From NCBI GenBank assembly GCA_014905635.1, contig JABVCE010000018.1, positions 558,001-622,000 of the forward strand: a DNA stretch of 64,000 bases, written 5' to 3'. Below the pieces are notes generated by a model. That model searched no databases. It was given only the letters and a program-made list of their open reading frames with translations, and was not told the DNA's origin. Origin of the DNA: Scenedesmus sp. PABB004 (lineage: Eukaryota). Below, one piece after another: positions 1-10,994 of the stretch (position 1 is its first letter; each line of letters opens with the position of its first letter). Made by a program: the position numbers and the translations under genes.

Positions 1-1205
1 CGCCAGCGCTGGCGCGCAGGGCGCGCGCGCCGCGGCGACCTCGCCCAGCGCCGTGCCGCCCGCCGCCGACGGCCGAGTGCTGTCCGTGGAGGAGCTGCAG
101 CGCGGCGCGGCCGGCGGCACGCCACTCGTGCCCGGCAGCGTCACGCGCGAGCAGCTCCAGCAGGCGCGCCTGCTGTCGCAGGTGCGCGGGGCCGCGCCCC
201 GGCGCCACCGCGGTGACTGCGCCACCGCGGTGACCACACCGCGCCGCCTGTCGCCTGGCCGCACGCAGGTGGACAGCAAGGTGCTCGTGACGCGCTGCGG
301 TGGCACGCTGCTCTGCGTCGACCAGCACGCGGCGGACGAGCGCGTGCAGCTGGAGGCGCTGCAGGCGCGCCTGGCCGCGCAGCAGGCGCAGCAGCCGGCC
401 GAGCGCCCGGCCGCCGGCAAGCGGCTGCTGCAGGAGCAGGCGCTGCGGCCGGCGGTCGCGCTGTGTCTGAGCCCGGTGGAGGCGCTCGCGCTGGCACAGC
501 ACCGCGCGCGCGTGGAGGCCTGGGGCTGGCGCGTCGCGGTGCAGGGCGGCGGCGGCGGCGCGACGGCGAGCGCGCTGCTGCAGGCGGCGCCGGTGCTGGC
601 GGGCGTGCAGCTGGGCGCGCTGGACCTGCAGGTGCGCCGCCGGGGCGCGTGCCGCCGCCGCTCCGCTCGCGCAGCGAGGCGTCCGCGCGGGTGCCTGCCG
701 GGGCCGCCCATCTGACTGACCACCGTCTCCCCTCCTTGTTCCCACCAGCTCTACCTCCACCAGCTCGCCGAGACCGGCGGCGCCGCGCTGCCGCCGCCGG
801 GCGTGCCGCGCGTGCTGAACAGCAAGGCCTGCCGCGGCGCGGTCATGTTTGGGACGCGCCTGGCGGACGAGGTGTGCGAGCGCCTGCTGGCGCAGCTGGC
901 GGCCGCGCGGCTGTGCTTTGCGTGCGCACACGGGCGGTGAGCGCGATCGTCTGGCGCGCGGCGGGGGCCGCTGGCTGCGGCTCGCTGCAGCTGAGCGCCT
1001 ATCGTCGCCGCTGGCGCCCGTCGTTCGCAGGCCCACGACGGCGCCGCTCGCCGACCTGCCCGCCCTGGCGGCGCGGCTGGCGCAGCAGGCGCAGGCGCGC
1101 GCGCTCGGCGGGGTCGCAGCGGCCGGCGCAGCGGCGCGGGGCGGGCAAGGCCTGGCGGCGAGGCTGCGGCGGCTGCTGGCGGTGGGCATCGCTGCCGTCG
1201 CCTGA
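1..1205 (+). CDS. MLH3: MutL homolog MLH3, C-terminal endonuclease domain (5'-truncated by window; introns 182-268, 632-748, 937-1030)
   Basis: The spliced translation contains the DQHAADERVQLE (DQHA-x2-E-x4-E) motif, SKACRGAVMFG and CAHGRPT. Introns are GT-AG; TGA at 1203-1205. Confidence 0.88.
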
Positions 1206-1283
1206 GCAGCCGGCGCACGTTTGCACAACGCAACTTCGCGCGCGTCTCGGCGCAACCGCTGGCGCCCGCCGGGCCGCGCGTGC

Positions 1284-4200
1284 TCAGCCGCGCCGCAGCA
1301 GGCGTGCCACGCGCGGCCGCCTGCCCGCGTCACGGCCCGCCAGCAGCAGTCCCGCACCAAACACCAGCATGACGCCACCGATGCGGTGGACCAGGAACGA
1401 CATGCTGCACCGCGCGCACTGCCCCAGCAGCGCCTCGCTCGGCCGGGCGACGAGTGCGCGCAGCCGCCGGCGCGCGGCCGCCACGGCCTCGGGCGCGGTG
1501 GCGGGCACGCCGCCGGGGCCGCAGCACGGCAGCGCCAGCGTGCAGCTCGCGCCGCCGCTGTCGTGCAGAACGATCACCTCCAGCTGCTGGGCTGCGCAGC
1601 CGCGCTCCGCCGCACACTCGTCGCGCCCCCGGCGCCGCAGGCGCGCGCCTCGGCGCTGCGGGGCCGCGGCGCGCCCGGCGCATGTGCGAGGCAGGCCGCG
1701 CTGCCGCGGCGGTGGTGCTGCACGCACACGCCGCCGCGCAGCTCGAGGCGGCGCAGCGCGGGCGGCAGCCAGCAGGGCGTGATGACGGGGGGTGGCCCGG
1801 TGAGCGCGGAGATGACGCGTAGCACGTGCTCGCCGGCGGCGGGCTGCGTCACGGCGTCGCTCCAGCGCGTTGCGGGCATGCGCATCTCGAGCGACACCGC
1901 GAGCAGCGACAGCGCGGGGCTCGTGCCGGCGACCACGCAGTGCCCGCGCCAGCCCCGGGCAAAGGGCTGGCCCTTGAGCCACTCGAGCCAGCCGCCCGCG
2001 GCGAGGCCGGCGGCGAGCCAGAACGCGCGGCGCGGCCACGGAGAGCGTGCGCGCGTGCGCCGGCGCACGAGCTGCCCCGCCGCCGCCGCCAGCGCCGCGC
2101 TGCTGCCAGGGCCGCCCGCGCCGGCGGCGTCGGCAGCGTCCGCCGCGCCGTGCGCCGCCGCCGCGGCGAGCGGGCCGAGGTGCCGCGCCAGCACCGCGGC
2201 GCGCGTGTCGGCGATCGCGAGGCTGCGCAGCGCCGTCAGCTGGCGCAGCGCCGCCCCGCCCGCGCCGCCGAGCGCGAGCACGCCCTGCAGCTCGAGCCGC
2301 TGCAGCGTGCCGCCGCAGCTCGCGGCGATGCCCTGGACCAGCGTGTCGTCCAGCACGACGCCGGCGGCCGTGCCGCCGGTCAGCAGGCGCAGCTCCGCGA
2401 GGCCCGCCCAGGCCCGCGCCGGGGGCAGGCCGAGCCGCAGCCGCTCCGGCGCCGCCGCCTCGCATCGCCAGTTAAGTGGCCAGAGCACGCCCACGTTGAG
2501 CAGCTGGACGAGCGACGGCAGCGTTGTCACCTCGAGCGCGGCCGGCGACGCGGCGAGCAGGTGCTCCGCCAGGTCAGCGCTGCTGCCGCACCGCACCGCG
2601 AGCAGCGCCAGGCGGTGGCGCGGGCCCGGCTCTGGCGCCGCCCCTGGCCGCGCCGCGCCGGTTGCGCCCTCGCCAGCCCGCTCGCCGGCGTCCGAGGCGC
2701 CGCCTGGGGTGCCGTCGCAGGCCGTGCTGCCGCCACCGCCGCTGCCGCAAGGTGCCGCGCCAGCCAGCGCAGTGCCTGGCAGCACGTGCGCGGACGCTGC
2801 AGCGCCCTCTTGCTCCTGTGCAATCTGCGCCATCACGGCGCCCCACGACAGCGACGCGAAGCCGCCGCCGAGGCTGCACCGGGCGCTGGGGCTCCACTGA
2901 CGCCCCACCTCCTGCGAGTCCGGGTCCCTGCGAGCAGCGGCGGCCGACGGTGGGCAGGCGGGCGCCGTGGCGAAGGCGGCGGCGGCCCGGGTGCAGGGTG
3001 CGGTGGCTGGCGCGCGCTGCCGGGGCCGGCGGGCCGCACGTGTCGAGAAACATGCGTGCCAGCGCCGCGGCTGCGTCGCGCCGGCAGACGGAGAGGTGCT
3101 CGGTGAGGCGCAGGCGGCCCTCAGCACCCGCCTGGGCCTCGTCCTCGTCGGCGTGCTCCTCGCCCAGCTGCGCCTGCACGCGCTGCTGCAGCCACAGCCC
3201 CAGCTCTGCGCTGCTGCGCGGCTGCGGGCGGGCAGGCGGCGCGGGTCGGTGTGCGTGCCACCCCGAGCGCCCGGCATGGCTGGCGGCGCGCGCGGCCACG
3301 CGTCGCGCGCGCGCGGCCGCACCAGGCTGCTGCTCTGCAGCGCGGAGCTGCCCCGCCGCGCCACGATGCTCAGCGCCACCAGCCCCGTGAGGTGCTGGAG
3401 GCTCAGGCGCAGCTGGTTTGGGCTCATGCGCTGCTGTAGGCGCAGCACGCGCAGCGCGCTCTGGTGCGTGCTGAGCCCGTGCAGGCGCAGGTCCCCGGAG
3501 AGGTGCAGCACGCTGAGGCGCTGCAGCTGCAGGATGCCGTCGCTCACGAGCCTGCGGGGCGGCGCACAGGCGCGGCGGCAGCTGTGGGGCGCGCCCCGCG
3601 CGACGCACGCTCTGGGCGGCTGCGCTGGCCCCGCGCCAGGGCCCCGCCGCACCTGTGCGAGACGCCCAGGCCGTGGAGGTGCAGGCTGCGCAGCGCGCTC
3701 AGGCGGCCCAGGCAGGTGTGCTGGTGCTGCGTCCCGCTGACGCAGGCCTGCAGGTAAGTCAGCTGAGGCATCCCGGACGCCAGCGCCGCGATGTCAGGCC
3801 CGCCCAGCGGGCACGCCGTGAGTGGCAGCTGCAGCGCGCTCAGCACGGGCAGCCCCCCCAGGAGCCACCAGTGCTCCGGCACCGCGGGCGCGATCGCGCT
3901 GCGCAGGTGCACGCGCCACGCCGGCGCCGCGCCGGCGTCCCGGCCGGTGTCCCGGCCGGCGCACACGCCGCGCACGAGCCCCGCGAGGTCGTTGAAGCGC
4001 GACGCCCCGGCCGCGCGCCGCCGGCCTGCACCTCGAGCACGAGCAGCTGCAGCGGAGGGCGGCCGCCGCGCCCCGCCGACAGCGCGTCCAGCAGCGCGTC
4101 CGCAAAGCGCGCGCCGCCGTCCCGCCCCGCGCGCACCCCCTCCAGCGCCGCGGGCGTGAGCGTGACGCGGAGCCGCTCGCAGGCGGGGAAGACGCGCAGC

Positions 4201-4529
4201 GCGCGCCGCAGCGGCGCGGCCGCGCGCTGCGGCGTGGCCGTCGCGCCGCGGCGCGCGGCGGCCGGCGGGCCCAGCTCCACCGCCAAGCTGCTCACGGCCG
4301 CGCTCGCGGCGTCGCGCCAGCTCCGGCTCACGCACCGCACCGCCGCGAGCGCGCGCGGCGGCAGGCGGTGGCACACGCTCTCCTGCGCGATGGCGGGAAG
4401 CTCGGCGAGGCGACGCGCCTGGACGCGCCGCCGCCGCTGCTGCGGCTGCGGCGGCGCCCGCTGCTTTCGCTGCCGCTGCTCCGCGCGCCGCCGCCGACCG
4501 CGCCGCTGCTGCTCCTCCTGCGGCGCCAT
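1284..4529 (-). CDS. F-box / leucine-rich repeat protein (multi-exon; model uncertain, may be two genes)
   Basis: N-terminal F-box-like LAELPAIAQESVCHRLPPRALAAVRCVSRSWRDAA. Repeated LxxLxL motifs (LSALRSLHL, LQRLSVLHL, LTALRSLAI, LRRLELRG). Frame switches near 4020 and ~3020. Confidence 0.55.
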
Positions 4530-4766
4530 GGACGCGGCGTGATCGCGGCGAGGCGAGCGCGTGCTGCCGAGCGCCGCTGGCAGCGCGGCGCTCGGCGCCG
4601 CGCGCCGCTGCTGCTGCTGCCGCGGCCGCTGCTGCTGCTGCCGCTGCCGGCCTCTCTCTCGCGCGGACGATCGTGGGCCACCAAAGTCTGTTACGCAACA
4701 GAGGGGGCTCCGCGTTCTTGCCGAAGCCCGACCCGCCGTCACGAGCGCGCGGGGCTCTGCGCGCGC

Positions 4767-7700
4767 TCAGACCGCGGCGGGCGCCTTTGCCGCCTCGGCC
4801 GCGACCTCCGCCTCGGGGCGGCGCCCGCTGTACACGCCGCCGACCGTCTTGCCCGTCACGCCGCGCGTGAGGCCCGCGAGGAGCGGCGCCCAGTCGCGCG
4901 GCGGCGCCGGCGCGTCGGGCGCCCACGGCGTCGAGAACGGCACCGTCGACTTGATCTCAAACGTGCACCCCGTCGCCTCCGGCGCGTCCAGCAGCGCGAT
5001 GCACAGCGCCGCGACCTCCTCGCGCGAGATCTTGCCCTGTGCGCCGCCGGGCGGCGCCAACGCGGCCGCGGGTTGCTCGTTGGTGCGGCGGCGCCGGGCC
5101 AGCAAGCGTCCGCGCCACCCCGCGCCCGGTGCCGGCGCCCCGCCCCGCCCCGGCCCACCTTGATGGTGTCGCCCTGGTCCACCTCGAGCGGTGCGCCGGC
5201 GGGCTCCTCCGTCAGCGCGCACGGCCGCACGACCGCGTAGGGCAGCCCGCTGCCGCGCAGCGCGTCCTCGCCCGCCAGCTTGTGCGTCAGCAGCCCCCGA
5301 GCGCGGCGTTGAGCTTCACCGCGGGCGGCTCGGCATCGACGTCAATGCCGGGCCGGTCCGGCCGCGTCACGCCGGCGCTGCTCACGTGCACAAAGCTGCG
5401 GCGCGGGCGGGAGGGGGCGGGCGGGCGGGCAGGCGGGCGCGTGGGACGCGGGGGCGGCGCGGCCGCGCCGGGGGCCGCGGGGCGCGCGCGCGCCGCCGGC
5501 GGCGCCGGCGGCGCCGCGCCGCACGCCCACCGCGGCGCCACGGGCTCGGGCAGGTAGGCCTTGACCGACGCGATGGCCAGCTCGCTGGGCCCCGCGCGGA
5601 AGCTCGGGTTGAGCGCGCCGTCATACTCAAACTTTGAAAGCATGAGCTGCACGCTGCACAGCGACGCGGGGTTGAACGCAGGCGCGCCGTCGCGCAGCGT
5701 CTTGGCCCGGAACACGGGGACGAGCTCCGAGAACGGCAGGCTCACGTCGTGCCACTCGCCGTCGACGGTGTCAAACGACCTGCGCGCCGCACGCCGCAGC
5801 GGGGGTGGGCGGGGGTGGGCGAGGGCGGGCGGTGGCCGCGCGGCGCGCGCAGTCGCCGCGCCGTGATTGCGCGCACGTGCAGAAGCCGACGCCGTCCCAC
5901 GCTGGGTCGCAGCGCAGGATGAGCTTGTAGCGCAGCCCCGTGCCGCGCAGGCGCAGGCGCAGGCCGGCGTAGGGCGAGAGGTCGAGCGGGGGGTCAAAGT
6001 TGCGGCAGCGCACCGACACAAAGCCGCCAGAGTTGGCGGTCGACACGCGGGCCCTGCCGGGGGGGGGGGGGTGTGGGCGCGTGTGTGGGGCGCTCCCCAG
6101 CGGCACGGCCAAGTTGTGGGGCAGCGGCGGCGGCGCGCGGGCGCACCGGAAGAGCAGCGCGGGCGCGCCCCCCTCGCCGCCGTCGCGGCTGAGCACGAGG
6201 CTGCTCTCGCTCGCGCCGCCCTGCGGCGTGGTCGGCGCGCGCGGTCGGCGCCGTGCGTTGGGCCGCGCGCGCTCTCTGCCTGCCCAGCGCGCGGTGCCCC
6301 CTCGCGGCGGCAGGCCGCGCGCGCGGCCGCCCCCCGGGCGCCCCCCCGGGCAACATCACAGGGGCGCCGCCGCACCATGACGACGTCGTCCAGCGCGCCC
6401 CAGCGCGCGGCTGACTCAGCATCCGGCACCATGATGGCCTGGGAGGGGTGCAAAGGCGCGGCGGGGGCGCGAGGGCGCGGTGAGCACGCGCTGAGCGAGC
6501 GCCACACGTGCCGCGGCCCGTGGGCAGTCCCAGCCCGCGGCGGCGGCTCAGCGGCCGCGCGGGCGTCTGACGGGCAGGCACCGGCCGCCGCGCATGCGCC
6601 GCACCTTGCCGGCCTCCAGCCCGAGCCGGTCGCGCGCCGCGGCGACGACGTTGGCGAGGCCGCGCGCCTCCACCGCCTCCGGCGTGTCCTCCGCGATCTC
6701 GGGCTCATAAAACTTGATGCCCTGCGCACGGCGTCGCACACAAACACACACACACACACACACACACAGGCGCGCGGGTGAGCCGGGGCGGTGCAGCGCG
6801 CCGGCGGGGCTGCCGGCAGGCAGAGGGCGTGCGCGCGCCGCCTGCGGCGGCGGCGCGGGCGGCGGCCCCCGGCCCGCGCGCCCGGCCGCTCGCGCGGGTC
6901 GCAGGCCCCTGCGCGCTGCACGCTGCCAAGTCACACCTGGTAGTACTTGGCGCGGTCAACGGTGTCGCCCTCCTTGGGCTGCACCTTGACGGCGGTGCAG
7001 CTCACGACCGCGACGACGCCGTCAAACATGGCCGGCGCGAGCGTGCGCGCCTGCGTGATGTCGGCGGCGACGAGCTGCAGCGCGCCGCCGGGCGCGACGT
7101 CGAGGCCGCCCTGCGGGGCGGGGCGGGGCGGGGCGGGACGCCGCGGCGCGCGCGGTGGGGCGCCGCGGTCGGCGGGCGGGCGGGGCGGGGCGGGGCAGGG
7201 CGCGGCCGGCTCTCGCTGGCGCGCGCGGCCGGCGCTGGCCAGCCGCGCGCACCAGCATGGTCTTGGCCTTGTCCACGTCGCGCACGAGCGCCCGCACGAC
7301 GCGGCCCGCCGCGAGCAGCTGCTGCACGACGCGCTTGCCCACGCCGCCGGTCGCGCCGGTGACCAGCACGACGCGCGCGCCCGGCCCCGCGCCGGCCACG
7401 CCCGGCGGCAGCCCGCGCGCCGGCAGCAGCGTCGTCACGACGGCGCCGCCGTCGTCCGACGCCGGCGCGGCGCCGCGGAGCGCGCCGGCCAGCGCCTTGA
7501 GTGGAGCGGCGAGCAGCGCGCCGACCAGCGCGGGCGGCGAGGTGGGGAGGTCGTTGAAGAACGCCACCGTGCGCGCGAACCGGCCCAGGTCCCACGGCTC
7601 ACGCCCGCCTGCGTGGGGGGCAGCGGCGGGCGCGCAGGCGCGCGTGCGAGGGCAGCGGCGCGCGCGCCGCCGCTGCCGGGCTGCTGCCGGGCGGCGCCGG

Positions 7701-7949
7701 GCGCGCCACGCCGCCGCAGCGCGCACCTGCGTTCTCCCCGCCCGCAGACATCCGCACCGTGGTGCGGGGCGTGACGGGCGTGCGCCGCGAGCCTGCGCGG
7801 CAGCAGGCGTGGGCGTGGGCGTGGGCGTGTGGGCGCGGGCGCTGCTGCCCCGCCGCGCCTGCGCGCCCCACGCCCGGGCGTGTTGTCGCCGCACCGCGAA
7901 CACCGCCCACGCCGGCGGCGCACGCGGCCTGGACGCGCGAGCCGAGCAT
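4767..7949 (-). CDS. Plastid NAD(P)-binding Rossmann protein with CIA30 domain (At4g18810/HCF173-like family)
   Basis: Transit-peptide-like N-terminus; WDLGRFARTVAFFN; VLVTGATGGVG; CIA30 motifs WGALDDVVM, GGFVSVR, QLMLSKFEYDGALNP; FVHVSSAGVTRP; VVRPCALTEEP; GKISREEVA. About 8 introns; one apparent -1 error at ~5295. Confidence 0.85.
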
Positions 7950-8214
7950 GGCAGCGGCAGTGGCGGGGCAGCGAGGGCCGGCGCTGGCGCTGGGGGCGCT
8001 GGGGGTGAGGTCCGTCGACGCGTGCGTGTGCTAGGGGAGCAGGGGCGCGTGCTGTGGGGACAGAACGGACGCGCTCGCAGTTGCCGGCGGCGTCGCCGCC
8101 GCACCGCCGCCGCGTCCGCTCGTGTGCCGCGCACGCCCGGGCGCCGCGCCGCAGGACCAGGTCAAGCTCGCGCCTCACGACACCAGGACCCTCACGGGGA
8201 GCTCACGGCCAGGC

Positions 8215-9350
8215 TCACGGGGAGCGGGGGGAGCAGCAGACCGCCTTGCGGCCGGTGAGGAGCTCGTTGAACGCCTCCTGGCAGAGCTCGGGGTCGACCG
8301 GCTCGCACGACCCCGAGCCGACCAAGCCGCAGCGGTTGGAGATGGGCAGCAGCGCGTTGCCGCCGGTGTTGCACATGTACGCCCACCCCCCGCCGGGGGC
8401 GCCCCAGCTCCCGCCGTTCCAGGACTGGCCGCCGTACGCCCAGCGGCAGGAGCAGGGCTCGTAGCGCCAGCCCCAGGGCGTCATGTGGTAGCCGCGCGGG
8501 GGCGGCTGCTGCGCGCGGCGACGGCGCGCGCGAGGGCACGCGGGTTGAGCTCGAGCCGTGGTTTAGGGTTGGGTTGAGGGTTGAGGGCCCACGCGCGCGC
8601 GGTGCCTGCGCCCGCCCTCTCGCGCACCTGCGACCAGCCGCCGCCGCCGCCGCCGCCATTCCAACCGCCGCCGTTGCCGCCCCAACCGCCGCCGTTGCCG
8701 GGCCAGCCCCCGCCGTTGCCGCCCCAGCCGCCACCGTTCCACCCGGGCGGGGGCTGCGGGGCGGGGCGGGTCGGGTCGTGAGTCGAGCGGCCAGCAGCGC
8801 GCAGCGTGCAGAGCGTGCAAACACGCACGCTGCCTCGCCCTGCCGCACCTGCTGCCAGCCGCCGCCGCCGCCGTTCCAGCCGCCACCATTACCGTTCCAG
8901 CCGCCCGGCGGGCCGCCGCCGTTCCAGCCCCCGTTGCCGCCGCCGCCCCAGCCGGGCGGGGGCTGCGGCGCGCGCGACGGGGGGCGGGCCGGGCGCAGTC
9001 CCAGGTCAGGCGGGCGGCCCGACACGGGGCTGCGCACGCGCGTGCGGGCTGGGCCGCGGCCGGGCGCGGGGGGCTTTGGGCGCGCAATACAAACACACGC
9101 GCACCTGCTGGGCGGTGCTGCTGTCACCGCCGATGAGCGAGTCCGCAATCGTGTCCACGACGCCCTCCGCGATGCTGCCGGCGATGCCGCTGGCAATGCC
9201 GCCGCCCAGCTGCTGCGCGGCCGCCGTGCCGGTGGCGGCCGAGGCGGCCGCAGCGGAGCTGGCGTCCAGCAGACGCCGCGGGCTGGCGGCCGCCGCGGGC
9301 GCGGCGACCAACGCCGCCGCCAGCAGCAGGCAGGCGGCCAGGCGCGCCAT
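8215..9350 (-). CDS. Secreted Gly/Trp-rich protein (GGWNG/GGWGG repeats) with C-terminal Cys-rich domain
   Basis: Signal peptide MARLAACLLLAAALVAAPAAA, RRLL motif, two Gly/Trp repeat exons between phase-0 introns, last exon YHMTPWGWRYEPCSC...VCCSPRSP*. Confidence 0.7.
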
Positions 9351-10368
9351 CGGGACCGTCACTCGTGCTCTGTGACGAGCGTGGAGCGGCGCAGCGGGGC
9401 GTGAGGGGCCGCGGCGGCGGCGGCGCGCGGGACGTACGGCCGCGGCGCTGCCGTCGCGCCCGCGCAGCTCGCGGCTGCGCGGCGGCAGCCCGACGTCATG
9501 GAGAGTCCCCCAATCAAGCCGTGGCGAGTCACTTCGCGAGCTCGCCGTGCCGGCCTGCCGGCACGGCGGCCTTCGCGCCCACCTCGTCACGGGAGCTCCG
9601 CGCTCGCGCGTCGGTTGCCGCTGCGCAGCTTGATATGTCTCAAAAATCTGCATCTTAAGCCCAGGAAAGCGGCGCTGGCGTAAACGGCGCCGCTGAGGTA
9701 GAAGCTGTGCAGGCGGCAGCGACGCAACTGCGGCGCGGGCTGCGGGCCCCCAGAGGCTGTGCGGCGGACGGGGTGGTCTCCGCCCAGTCGCCCTCCGCCT
9801 CGCCGCACGGCCGGGTCCTCCGCCGCGGTCCAGCCGCCTCGGCGGCCCGGGGCGGGCCCGCGCTGCAGCCCTACAGAGGTCGATCACGCCCGGCCCCAGC
9901 ACACACACAGACACCGCAGAACGATAATGGTACACTCAAATTCCAGACTTGCCTGGCTGCGGGCCCACCCGAGCATCCTGCGCGCCCCGGCGCGCAGGGG
10001 TCCGCCGCATGCGTGTGCGTGCATGCGCGTGCCGTTCGCAGTGCCAAGCCCCCCAGCCGCCCCTCGCTTGCTCGCCCGCCCGCTGTACACAGCCCTGTCG
10101 CTGCGGGGCGCGGCGGCTCGCCCGCCCGCCGCCCCGCCGCAGCGCGCAGCCCTCTCTCTGCCCCAGCCCGCAACGCCCGCCGCCGCAACGCGCGTCTTCG
10201 GCCCCGATGCGGCCCCGATGCGGCCCCCTGCTGCCCCTCCCGCGCCGCCCACGCGCATCACGTGGGCGTGACGCCCACGCGCGTCACGCCGCCGCCGCCG
10301 CGTCCCCGCGCGCGCCCGCGCGCGCCCGCCCGGCGCGCGCCGCGCGCTGCGCGCTGCGCGCGCGGGGC

Positions 10369-10914
10369 CTAGAAGCCGATGCGCGTGCCCGGCTCCTTGC
10401 GGTCGCGCTCCCCGAGCGGCGCGAGCTCCTTGACGTACAGCTGGCTGTTGCGCGCGGGGTTGATGCGCGCGCGGCGCGGGCCGGGCAGCAGCTCGCTGCT
10501 CCACGCCGGCCCCGCGAGCCGGAAGTCGCGCTGCATGAACCAGTCGGCCGTGCGCGTGGTGAGCAGCACCAGGCGGTCCATGCCCTTCAGCCGCGCGTCC
10601 TGCCCGGGGGCGAACGCGGCGGCGGCGGCGGCGGCGGGGCCGGTGAGCGCGGCGGGGCGGGTGAGAGCGCGCCGACAGCAGCCACGCCCCACGCACACAG
10701 CCCCACACGCAGCCCCAGGCAGCGGCCGCCCCTCATCACAGACACAGCGCCCCACCTGCTCCACGTAGTCCAGCAGGCTGTCGCCGCGCCCCGTGCCCCG
10801 GAAGACCACGTCCACACAGAACGCGCCGATCTCGGCCACGCGCGCGCCGTCGGGCGACACGCCCAGCGGCAGCAGCAGCGCGCAGCCCATGACCTGCGCG
10901 CCGCAGCGCGCGCA

Positions 10915-10994
<80 letters not shown>

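Noticed and set aside
5290..5300. Frameshifts here and near 4020, 27550, 47950 and 49410 as programmed frameshifting or pseudogenes
   Set aside because: Those checked (5295, 49410) are fixed by adding one base to a G/C homopolymer in otherwise intact genes, which is typical of long-read assembly error.
6736..6768. (CA)n and poly-G tracts in introns (also ~26243-26272, ~41350-41394)
   Set aside because: Ordinary intronic simple repeats.
9538..9700. Hairpins (gccgtgccggc-ct-gccggcacggc; agcggcg...cgccgct) as an ncRNA
   Set aside because: GC-only stems are expected at this composition; no tRNA or snoRNA signature is supportable.
9945..10110. U1 snRNA-like start AGACTTGCCTGG, which would pair with GC donors
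   Set aside because: No recognisable U1-70K loop, U1A loop or Sm site downstream. More simply a chance match or a minus-strand CAG|GCAAGT donor motif. An Infernal RF00003 search would settle it.
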